Under the pieces are notes generated by a model. It saw only the letters and a program-made list of their open reading frames with translations, was not told the DNA's origin and made no database searches. From the NCBI GenBank assembly GCA_963836755.1, contig CAWIKF010000002.1, positions 192,001-256,000 on the forward strand: a DNA stretch of 64,000 bases, given 5' to 3'. Shown in pieces: positions 19,721 through 27,773 of this stretch. Position numbers and translations under genes: made by a program. The stretch's first letter is position 1, and each line of letters opens with the position of its first letter. The DNA is from an uncultured Verrucomicrobiae bacterium. GTDB lineage: Bacteria > Verrucomicrobiota > Verrucomicrobiia > Chthoniobacterales > Chthoniobacteraceae.

Positions 19721-19735
19721 GTTCCACGTAGAACT
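19720..19735. promoter_or_regulatory. parS-like site filling the cdd-mnmG gap
   Basis: TGTTCCACGTAGAACT; 14/16 to consensus. Confidence 0.65.
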
Positions 19736-20178
19736 TAAAGGTTGAGAATGCCATTTTTAGCTCGCGGCAGCAATTCCGTTAAGCGCATCGCAACGACTAA
19801 TCCCGACAAATTAGCGGATTTGACTTCCATATCCGGTGCAAATTCCGCCATAACCTGCCGACAGGCTCCACAAGGTGCGACTGGCTCAACCGAGTCGGCA
19901 ACGATTACGATTTCCGCGAACTTGAGGATCCCAGCGCCCACCGCAGAAAAAATAGCGCTTCTTTCCGCGCAACAGGTCAGGCCAAAGGAGATATTTTCGA
20001 CATTGGCGCCGGTAAAGACGTTCCCATTCAAAGTCAACAGAGCAGCTCCAACTTTAAAGTGCGAATATGGCGCATAGGCACGCAAACGAGCCTCGACCGC
20101 AAATTGGAAGAGTGTTTGGAATTCCACAGAAAAGTTGAGTGCAGATTCGATTTCGCTATTTACAGCGACGGACGACAA
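19735..20178 (-). CDS. cdd: Cytidine deaminase (start uncertain)
   Basis: AYAPYSHFKVGAA, GANVEN, CAERSA, PCGACRQ. Confidence 0.95.
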   Translation of the reverse strand: MSSVAVNSEIESALNFSVEFQTLFQFAVEARLRAYAPYSHFKVGAALLTLNGNVFTGANVENISFGLTCCAERSAIFSAVGAGILKFAEIVIVADSVEPVAPCGACRQVMAEFAPDMEVKSANLSGLVVAMRLTELLPRAKNGILNL

Positions 20179-20199
20179 TTGTATTCAAAATAGCTTGCT

Positions 20200-21273
20200 A
20201 TGCAAACTGTCGCTGAGTCTCCCACCTTCGCTGACGCAGAAGTAAATCGGCAGCTCTCTTCCGCCTCGAAGATCGGCTTTCTCCGCCATATGTTTCGCAT
20301 CCGTCGGTTCGAGCAGCTTGCGCTCAAATGCTACAACCAAGGCAAAATGGGGGGCTTTCTGCACCTTTACATTGGCCAGGAGTCCGTCGCGGTTGGCACC
20401 ATTTCGCTGCTCGGAGCCAATGATCATGTGATAACCGCCTACCGCGATCACGGGCATGCATTGGCCGTCGGAATGTCGATGAATGAATGCATGGCGGAGC
20501 TTTTCGGGAAGGTTACCGGCTGCTCCAAAGGGAAGGGTGGATCGATGCATTTTTTTGCTCCCGATAAGAACTATTGGGGCGGGCATGGGATCGTCGCGGG
20601 ACAAACTCCGCTGGGGCTCGGGTTAGCTTATGCTCTCAAATACAAGGGCTTACGCGGATGTTCTCTTTGCTATCTCGGAGACGGAGCGGTTAATCAGGGG
20701 GTATTTCATGAGTCGCTGAATCTTGCGGCGCTGTGGGACCTTCCCGTGATTTACATTATTGAAAACAATCAATATTCGATGGGCACCAGTCTCGAGCGCT
20801 CATCCTCCTTCAAAGACTCCCTGGCGCAACGTGCTGATGCTTACAACATCGCTTGGGACATCGTTAACGGAGAGGATATCTACGAGGTCCGGGCCAAAAC
20901 GCACGTCGCGATCGAACGCGCTCACGTGGAGGTGCGGCCGACCATTTTGGAGATCGCGACCTATCGCTATTACGGGCACTCTGTGGCGGACGCCAACGCG
21001 AAAAAATATCGACGGCCGGAAGAAATCGAGGATTACAAGGCAAACCACGATCCGCTGCGTCTTTGGCAGAAACAAGTGATCGAGGAGGGATTAATCGATG
21101 AAGCCTCGGCCCATGAGATGGATTTGGAAGCAAAGCACGAAGCAGAAGAGGCGGTAAAATTCGCTGAAGAAAGTGCTTATCCCACCGAAGCGGACATCTT
21201 CAAGGACGTGTATTACGAAGTTGATCATGCATCTCAAAGCGCAAACCGCGGCAAGCACTTTTTTAACGAATAG
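20200..21273 (+). CDS. pdhA: Pyruvate dehydrogenase E1 alpha
   Basis: GFLHLYIGQE, GKGGSMH, GDGAVNQG..ENNQY, TYRYYGHS. Confidence 0.95.
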   Translation: MQTVAESPTFADAEVNRQLSSASKIGFLRHMFRIRRFEQLALKCYNQGKMGGFLHLYIGQESVAVGTISLLGANDHVITAYRDHGHALAVGMSMNECMAELFGKVTGCSKGKGGSMHFFAPDKNYWGGHGIVAGQTPLGLGLAYALKYKGLRGCSLCYLGDGAVNQGVFHESLNLAALWDLPVIYIIENNQYSMGTSLERSSSFKDSLAQRADAYNIAWDIVNGEDIYEVRAKTHVAIERAHVEVRPTILEIATYRYYGHSVADANAKKYRRPEEIEDYKANHDPLRLWQKQVIEEGLIDEASAHEMDLEAKHEAEEAVKFAEESAYPTEADIFKDVYYEVDHASQSANRGKHFFNE

Positions 21274-21284
21274 TTAACGCTAGT

Positions 21285-22262
21285 ATGCCACTTCTCACAT
21301 ATCGAAAAGCGCTCAACGATGCCCTGGCAGAGGAAATCATGCGGGACGAAAACGTCTTTGTCATCGGGGAAGAGGTCGCCGAATACAATGGCGCTTACAA
21401 GGTCACCGAAGGTCTTTGGCATCGCTTCGGCGATAAACGAGTCGTGGACGCTCCGATTAGTGAAGCCGGTTTTATCGGACTGGGCATCGGCGCTTCGATG
21501 CTCGGCCTACGCCCCGTGATCGAGTTGATGTTCTGGAGTTTTGCTTACGTCGCCTACGATCAAATCGTCAATAACGCAGGCTGCGTCCGCTACATGTCCG
21601 GCGGCCTCATTAACTGCCCAATCGTTATTCGCGGACCGGCTAACGGGGGGACCAATGTCGGCGCGACGCATTCGCACACTCCTGAAAACCTTCTCGCAAA
21701 TGTTCCAGGGCTCAAAGTCGTCGCACCGGCTACAGCTTACGATGCGAAAGGGCTTATGAAATCCGCCATCCGGGACAACGATCCGGTCTTTGTCATGGAA
21801 AACACGCTTCTCTACGGCGAGCAATGGGAAGTGCCCGAGGAGGAGTATCTTGTTCCGCTGGGTTCCGCGGAAGTCAAACGCGCGGGCTCTGACATTTCTC
21901 TCATCGCACACGGTCGATCGGTCATCACTGCGCTCGCAGCGGCCGAAACGCTCGCATCCGAATACAAAATCAACGCGGAAGTCGTCGATCTTCGTTCCAT
22001 CCGCCCGCTGGACGAAGAGACGATTTTGCAAAGCGTTCGCAAAACCCATCGTGCTGTAGTGGTGGATGAAAGCAAACCGTTCTGCGGAATCAGCGCCCAG
22101 ATCGCTGCGATGCTTCAGGAAAAAGTTTTCGACGATCTCGACGCACCGATTGGCCGCGTCAACACGCTCGACGCGCCGGCAATTTACAGTCCGCCCGTCG
22201 AAAAACTTCAGCTGCCGAATGTCGCACGCATCGTTGACAAAGTGCTGGCTGTTTGCGCCTGA
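21285..22262 (+). CDS. pdhB: Pyruvate dehydrogenase E1 beta
   Basis: GEEVAEYNGAYKVT, DAPISE, DAKGLMKSAIRD, VDLRSIRPLD. Confidence 0.95.
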   Translation: MPLLTYRKALNDALAEEIMRDENVFVIGEEVAEYNGAYKVTEGLWHRFGDKRVVDAPISEAGFIGLGIGASMLGLRPVIELMFWSFAYVAYDQIVNNAGCVRYMSGGLINCPIVIRGPANGGTNVGATHSHTPENLLANVPGLKVVAPATAYDAKGLMKSAIRDNDPVFVMENTLLYGEQWEVPEEEYLVPLGSAEVKRAGSDISLIAHGRSVITALAAAETLASEYKINAEVVDLRSIRPLDEETILQSVRKTHRAVVVDESKPFCGISAQIAAMLQEKVFDDLDAPIGRVNTLDAPAIYSPPVEKLQLPNVARIVDKVLAVCA

Positions 22263-22270
22263 TATTTCCC

Positions 22271-23536
22271 ATGTCAATTCCCATCGAGATGCCCAAGCTG
22301 AGCGACACCATGACGGAAGGAACGCTCGTCAAGTGGCACAAAAAAACTGGCGACAGCATTGCGATCGGCGATGTGCTGGCGGAGATCGAGACGGACAAGG
22401 CGACCATGGAAATGGAAGCATTTGATGAGGGCACACTTGGCGAGATTTTCGTGCCGGAGGGAGGCAAAGCCGCGATCGGCGAAAAGTTGGCTGTGCTTCT
22501 TTCAGCCGGTGAAAAAGCGGAGTCTGTCAGCAAAACCGCAGAAAAAGCGACAGCATCAAAAGCTGCGCAACCAGCTCCTGCCGAACAAAAGCCCGAGGCT
22601 GCACCGGCCATGCCCGTCGCCAAAGCAAGCGGATCTTCATCAACAGGCAATGGACGCGTCCTCGCGTCGCCGCTCGCCAAGAAAATCGCGGCGGAAAAGC
22701 ATATCGATCTCCAGGGAATAACGGGCACCGGACCGGGCGGACGAATCGTCGAGCGCGATCTGGTTGGAAAAAAGTCCACGGTCCCACAAGCCGCGGCTGC
22801 AGCCAAAGCGCCGCCGGCAGCCCCGCCAGCAGCGGCAGGCGAGGGAGATCAGCGCATTTCACTTTCCGGGATGCGCAAGACGATTGCCAGCCGCCTGGTC
22901 GAGAGCAAAACACAGATTCCGCACTTTTACCTCAATATCGAAGTGGATGCTGGCGAACTGATGCGGCTGCGGGCGGAAATCAATGCCGCCGCCGAAGCGT
23001 CTGGGCAGCCGAAGCTCACGGTCAACGATTTCGTGCTGAAGGCCAGCGTCGCGGCTGCGGTGAAAGTGCCAAAGGTCAATGCGGCGTGGGCCGGCGACGC
23101 CGTCATCCAATACGCGAATATCAACCTCGCCGTCGCCGTCGCCATCGATGATGGACTTGTCACGCCAGTTATTCGCGCGGCGCAGGCGAAAGGGCTGCGC
23201 GCCATTAACGAAGCTGTGAGGGATCTGGCGACTCGCGCTCGGAACAAAAAACTGAAGCCCGAAGAATATCAGGGCGGCACGTTCACCGTTTCAAATCTCG
23301 GCAGCTACGGCATCGAAAGTTTTTCCGCGATCATCAATCCTCCGCAGGCGCTCATTCTTTCCATTGGATCGATCGTTAAAAAACCTGTTGTCGATGCGAA
23401 AAATCAGATCGTGGTCGGACAGCGCATGTCCATCGGCATGAGTTGTGATCATCGGGTCATCGACGGCGCGATCGGAGCCGAGTATTTGGCCGAGCTTCGC
23501 CGGCTCATCGAAAACCCGGCGTTGATGTTGCTTTAG
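22271..23536 (+). CDS. pdhC: Dihydrolipoamide acetyltransferase E2
   Basis: Lipoyl ETDKATME, ASPLAKK, GTGPGGRI, DHRVIDGA. Confidence 0.95.
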   Translation: MSIPIEMPKLSDTMTEGTLVKWHKKTGDSIAIGDVLAEIETDKATMEMEAFDEGTLGEIFVPEGGKAAIGEKLAVLLSAGEKAESVSKTAEKATASKAAQPAPAEQKPEAAPAMPVAKASGSSSTGNGRVLASPLAKKIAAEKHIDLQGITGTGPGGRIVERDLVGKKSTVPQAAAAAKAPPAAPPAAAGEGDQRISLSGMRKTIASRLVESKTQIPHFYLNIEVDAGELMRLRAEINAAAEASGQPKLTVNDFVLKASVAAAVKVPKVNAAWAGDAVIQYANINLAVAVAIDDGLVTPVIRAAQAKGLRAINEAVRDLATRARNKKLKPEEYQGGTFTVSNLGSYGIESFSAIINPPQALILSIGSIVKKPVVDAKNQIVVGQRMSIGMSCDHRVIDGAIGAEYLAELRRLIENPALMLL

Positions 23537-23557
23537 GTGCGAAGTCTTTGCGCTGCG

Positions 23558-24889
23558 TTAATGCAGACGGACGCCTTCTTCCTCGAGAACTTTGAAAATC
23601 GTTTCGAGCATGTCGGCAAAATGCTCGCGAACTACTTCATCAGCGGCATTGCTGCGCAAAGCCTGAAACGCGTCGTAGCTTTCGCGTAACTTTAATCCCA
23701 GCAAGTTGGTGAGCTGCGCGCGATCGTCTCCTCCATGCGACGCCGCTGCGGCGCGATCTTCGTGATCGGAAGCCAGTTCTTCCAGGCGATGACGCAGCTC
23801 GCTGACGGTTTCTTCGAGCTGCGCATTGTGTCGCTGGAGCGCTTCGACGTCAGCGGGAGTTTCCTCGGGTGCGGTGCCGCGTTCGCGACGTGACGAACGG
23901 CCGCGACCGCCGCCTTCGCGTTGCGCCAGCGTCCGTGCTTCGTGCAATTCTTTTCGCAAAGAAGTCACGTGCGCCTCAATCTGCCGCAAAGCCTGGTTGA
24001 GATCAAAAGCAGCGCCGCTTTCGCGCCGTTCACGCGGAGCGGCGCGCCGCTCGCCGCGCGTGCTCGCTACCATGCGTTCGACTGCGGATCCAGTTGCGGC
24101 GCGGGCCTCGTCTTCTTCGGACATCGGTTCAGCGTCGGCGGATTCAGCCGACTGTTCCGTTTCCTCGCCCTTGTCCGGAACGACTTCCGCGATCGCAGCG
24201 GGCAATTCCGGCACCTCTTTTTTCAATTCATTTTTAAAGCGGGAGCTCCAGCGTTTCACCGCCTTCGCGATGAGCGCGCACTGGTTTTCATCAAGTTTTG
24301 CGAGCCAGCCAATCGCGGAGAGCCACCGGACAAGGGCGAGCTGCGTGAACGGCGCACATGGCGTGTCGAAGCAAACTTCGACCGCGCAGGCGATCACGGG
24401 CTCAGGCGCGCCCCACGATCCAACGGCGAGATTTTGCAGCCACGGTTTGCCTTTGCCGACAAACACGTTTGCAAATGTCTGGCAATCGCGCGCAGACATC
24501 GCGCCATCCACTCGCATGTCGCGGCAGACATCGGTCGCTATTTTTTCCACAGCCTCCGGGTCGACGGCGAAAAGGCCGCGCGCGATGCTCAGGCGCAGCC
24601 GTTTGCCCGCATCGGATTTTTGTTCGGAGAGCGAGTGAAGCAGCAGCTCCCGCACATCCGGCTGCAGGTCGGGCCACGTGGCGACGACCGCAGTCACGCC
24701 GACATTCCATGGGAAAGTCACGAGCGCGTCGACAGCCGCCGGGATACCGCCGCTGCCGGAAAGCAATAGTTCCTTCGCGAGATGCACCGCCTCATCTTCC
24801 TGCGCGGGAGTCAGCCGCGCGGTGGCCGGCGGCCTCGCAGGCGGCGGGACGGTTTCCATCGGTTCCGAAGATTCGGCGTTTTCTGTCAT
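23558..24889 (-). CDS. Hypothetical protein (helical N-domain, disordered linker, coiled-coil C-terminus)
   Basis: 443-aa ORF, host-like codons, heptad-like C-terminal segments. Confidence 0.75.
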   Translation of the reverse strand: MTENAESSEPMETVPPPARPPATARLTPAQEDEAVHLAKELLLSGSGGIPAAVDALVTFPWNVGVTAVVATWPDLQPDVRELLLHSLSEQKSDAGKRLRLSIARGLFAVDPEAVEKIATDVCRDMRVDGAMSARDCQTFANVFVGKGKPWLQNLAVGSWGAPEPVIACAVEVCFDTPCAPFTQLALVRWLSAIGWLAKLDENQCALIAKAVKRWSSRFKNELKKEVPELPAAIAEVVPDKGEETEQSAESADAEPMSEEDEARAATGSAVERMVASTRGERRAAPRERRESGAAFDLNQALRQIEAHVTSLRKELHEARTLAQREGGGRGRSSRRERGTAPEETPADVEALQRHNAQLEETVSELRHRLEELASDHEDRAAAASHGGDDRAQLTNLLGLKLRESYDAFQALRSNAADEVVREHFADMLETIFKVLEEEGVRLH

Positions 24890-24948
24890 GTCAAAAAAGA
24901 TTTAGGTGAGATCGGAGTAAACAGCAATTTCGTTCGCACCTTCGCGCT

Positions 24949-24964
24949 TGGCACCCCTGATGCT
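24949..24964 (+). promoter_or_regulatory. sigma54 -24/-12 promoter candidate
   Basis: TGGCAC-CCCTG-ATGCT (one mismatch in -12). Confidence 0.55.
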
Positions 24965-24979
24965 TAAGCAGAAATGTGC

Positions 24980-25162
24980 ATGACTGAAACTAGAAAGCCC
25001 GTGGCTCTCTCGCAAGAACAAGCCAGGGCGCTCAAGAAAAAACTGCGAAGCCTTCGCTGGCATCCCGAAGCAGTCATGCGCGAGATCGCGCTCATCCAGA
25101 AATTGCGCCTCCTCGTCGAGGCGCCTCAAAGTTCGCTCCGCAATCCGGAGCAACTGGGCTAA
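24980..25162 (+). CDS. About 60-aa hypothetical helical microprotein (alternative start 24974)
   Basis: MTETRKPVALSQEQARALKKKLRSLRWHPEAVMREIALIQKLRLLVE...; fills gap after sigma54-like promoter. Confidence 0.6.
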   Translation: MTETRKPVALSQEQARALKKKLRSLRWHPEAVMREIALIQKLRLLVEAPQSSLRNPEQLG

Positions 25163-25183
25163 AACAGAAGCCGCGCCTAAGAA

Positions 25184-25513
25184 TCATTTTGCCGAAACCT
25201 TCCAGTAGTCAAAACGTCCGCGGATGTGCTTCTCGAAATAATGTCCCTTCGATTCAGCGGCCATGAAGTTCTTGAAAGTCTGCAGCGGCACATTCGCGTA
25301 GCGGTAAGCTTCGCCTGAAGCAAAAACCACCTGCAGCGTTTTCGTCGCGTGATGGTATCCAATGGCGCGGATCGCTTGCGAATCCACCGGAAACAGTTTG
25401 ATCCAATGAATCACCGGCGGCTCCGCGCGAAGGTCTGACGTTGACATCACATACATCGAACCAACAACGCAAAAGATACCTCGGAAGAAACGGAAGCAAC
25501 CTTTGAAGTTCAT
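25184..25513 (-). CDS. KTSC-domain protein with signal-like N-terminus
   Basis: VDSQAIRAIGY..LQVVFASG..YRYANVP..FMAAESKGHYF..HIRGRF. Confidence 0.85.
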   Translation of the reverse strand: MNFKGCFRFFRGIFCVVGSMYVMSTSDLRAEPPVIHWIKLFPVDSQAIRAIGYHHATKTLQVVFASGEAYRYANVPLQTFKNFMAAESKGHYFEKHIRGRFDYWKVSAK

Positions 25514-25532
25514 TGTTCCTCCCCAAACTCTT

Positions 25533-27104
25533 TTAGCTTGGCTCGATGCGCGGGAAAAGCGGTGTCGGCTTTCCAAGTTGATGACCATCCGGAAGGCCGC
25601 CCCATATCGTTTCGGCCAGCTTGAAGCGCGACTCCTTTCCTGCCTCGTTCAGCTTCCAGTTGAGCTGATCAAAGATCCCGTGCGCAGCTTTTGGTAAAAC
25701 CGGTGAGATCAAGATGGCTATGACGCGAAGTGACTCTGCGAGAGTATAGAGAACGGCATCGAGGCGCTCGGCCTGCGCGGGGTCTTTGGCTAGCTTCCAC
25801 GGTGCCAAAAAATCTACAGCCGCATTGCAGCTACTTACTAGAACGCGAACATTCTCCACTGCTACTTGGAGCTCAAAAGTCTCCATATATCGTGCGTAAC
25901 ACGAAGATCCTTCAACGCCGAACCTTCGCATCTGAGCCAGATATTCTTCATCGTATGCGTTCTTGATTAGGCATCCTTCCCGATACTGGAGAACCATTTT
26001 TAGAACCCGATTAAGCAAATTCCCCAAGTCGTTTGCGAGGTCGGTGTTGTAACGCTGAACCAATCGCTCCTCGGAAAAATCGGCGTCCTTTCCCGTTGAG
26101 ATGTCGCTCATCAAATAGTAGCGCAAAGCTTCCGCGCCGTATTTGTGCGCGAGTGCGTCGGGGTCGATGGCATTGCCTAGACTTTTACTCATCTTTGCGC
26201 CAGCGATATTCCACCAGCCATGAACAAGGAGCTGTGGCATCTCGTCGTCGGCGAACCCGAGCGCGTGCAGCATGATGGGCCAATAGACTCCATGTGCAGG
26301 AATGAGGATATCTTTCCCGATGACATGCAAAGCAGGCCATAGCTCGCGAAACCGCTTGTTTGCAGCATTCGCGGTAGGATCATAGTCCGCGAAGCTGATG
26401 TAGTTCACCAGCGCATCGAACCAGACATAGGTGACAAAGTCGGGATCAAAAGGAAACTCTATGCCCCATGCAAGCCGTGCCTTTGGTCGCGAGATGCAAA
26501 GGTCACCGGAAAGTTTTTCGACGGCGTTGATGAGTTCGTTTTGTCGAAAGGAAGGAGTTACAAACCTTTCATGACTCATGATGAAACCAAGTAGCCACTC
26601 TTTGTGCTCTGCTAGCTTGAAGTAGTAGTTCTCTTCTTCACGAAACTCCACCTGGCCCCACTCCGGGCCAAACTCGCCGTCCGGTCCGCGTTCTTTGTCA
26701 GTGAGAAATTGTTCCTGACGAATGCTGTAGTAGCCACCTTGTTTGGCTTTGTAGAGTTGACCTTCATCGCGAAGACGCGTGAGGATTTTCCCGACACATT
26801 CTTTGTGAAGCGGATCAGTCGTCGCAGCCCATCGGTCATGGCGGACATCGAGCTTGTCCCACAGCGCGACAAACTTTTGCGTAATGCCATCGACGAACTG
26901 CTGCGGCGCGATGCCTTGCTTCTCGGCTGACTGCTGGACTTTCTGCCCGTGTTGATCGACGCCGGTTAGGAAAAAAGCGTCTTCGCCTTTCAGCCGATGA
27001 TAGCGTGCAAGCACATCGGCGAGGATTTTTTCGTAAGCGTGTCCAATGTGCGGCGCGGCATTGGTGTAATCAATCGCGGTGGTGATGAAGAACGTCTTGT
27101 CCAT
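25533..27104 (-). CDS. metG: Methionine--tRNA ligase (short form)
   Basis: TTAIDY..PHIGH, YVWFDAL, IGKDI, KMSKS, LANDLGNL, APWKL. Confidence 0.96.
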   Translation of the reverse strand: MDKTFFITTAIDYTNAAPHIGHAYEKILADVLARYHRLKGEDAFFLTGVDQHGQKVQQSAEKQGIAPQQFVDGITQKFVALWDKLDVRHDRWAATTDPLHKECVGKILTRLRDEGQLYKAKQGGYYSIRQEQFLTDKERGPDGEFGPEWGQVEFREEENYYFKLAEHKEWLLGFIMSHERFVTPSFRQNELINAVEKLSGDLCISRPKARLAWGIEFPFDPDFVTYVWFDALVNYISFADYDPTANAANKRFRELWPALHVIGKDILIPAHGVYWPIMLHALGFADDEMPQLLVHGWWNIAGAKMSKSLGNAIDPDALAHKYGAEALRYYLMSDISTGKDADFSEERLVQRYNTDLANDLGNLLNRVLKMVLQYREGCLIKNAYDEEYLAQMRRFGVEGSSCYARYMETFELQVAVENVRVLVSSCNAAVDFLAPWKLAKDPAQAERLDAVLYTLAESLRVIAILISPVLPKAAHGIFDQLNWKLNEAGKESRFKLAETIWGGLPDGHQLGKPTPLFPRIEPS

Positions 27105-27162
27105 CGGTGCGAACAAAGTGCGTAATGGTTTCGATTAAGGCAACGAGGAAGCCTTTATCGCG

Positions 27163-27432
27163 ATGCGTTCATTTGATCTTAACATAATTCTCAATCTCAT
27201 CGGCGTAAGCTGCTGGGGGGTCTGCTTTTGGTGGATGCACACCATCTCGCGGCGTCAGGAGAATATGTTGCAAGAGCTGCACAAAGTGATGCGTCGCACG
27301 GAGGAGGTGTCGAAAGCGGAGCACGAACTGATTAAGGAAGTGCACCCGAAAATCGCGAAGATCGAGGAGGATGTCGACCAAGCACTGGCGCAGGGCGTGA
27401 TGCCAGCAGAGAGTCCTAGTGCGGTTCCTTGA
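27163..27432 (+). CDS. Hypothetical protein (N-terminal TM, coiled coil)
   Basis: 89-aa ORF fitting the gap; hydrophobic N-terminus. Confidence 0.65.
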   Translation: MRSFDLNIILNLIGVSCWGVCFWWMHTISRRQENMLQELHKVMRRTEEVSKAEHELIKEVHPKIAKIEEDVDQALAQGVMPAESPSAVP

Positions 27433-27727
27433 CGAGGCGCGTCGGCGTGCCGTCCATGCGAACTTTCATCCCAATCTCCCGGTTATTCGGATTGCTCGCA
27501 GGAATCGTGTCCGACCATTTCACCAGCCAATACGTGATGCCGCCGAAGACGCTCGGGCGCTCGAGTGTGACGGAGACGACGTAAAGTTTTTGCGTGAGAT
27601 TGCGCGAGGCGAGATCTTTCTCGGCGATGTCGAGCGCCTGGCGTGCGGAGATGGCCGGCCGCTCGGTAGCGAAAAGCGCCGGCGCGTTGCAAAGCAAAAT
27701 CGCCAGCGAAAGGATGATGAACTTCAT
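27416..27727 (-). CDS. Hypothetical exported protein
   Basis: Signal peptide MKFIILSLAILLCNAPALFA. Confidence 0.7.
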   Translation of the reverse strand: MKFIILSLAILLCNAPALFATERPAISARQALDIAEKDLASRNLTQKLYVVSVTLERPSVFGGITYWLVKWSDTIPASNPNNREIGMKVRMDGTPTRLVKEPH

Positions 27728-27773
27728 CCGCAAAGGGATGAACCGCTTCGCGAAAATACGCAAGCCTGCCGGC

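Noticed and set aside
16567..21500. Genomic island integrated at tRNA-Pro
   Set aside because: The low-GC zone is on the tRNA 5' side and holds core genes; no integrase or duplicated tRNA 3' end was seen
25792..25807. Minus-strand sigma54-like TGGCAC-N5-AAGCT
   Set aside because: Poor -12 element, inside metG and explained by APWKL codons
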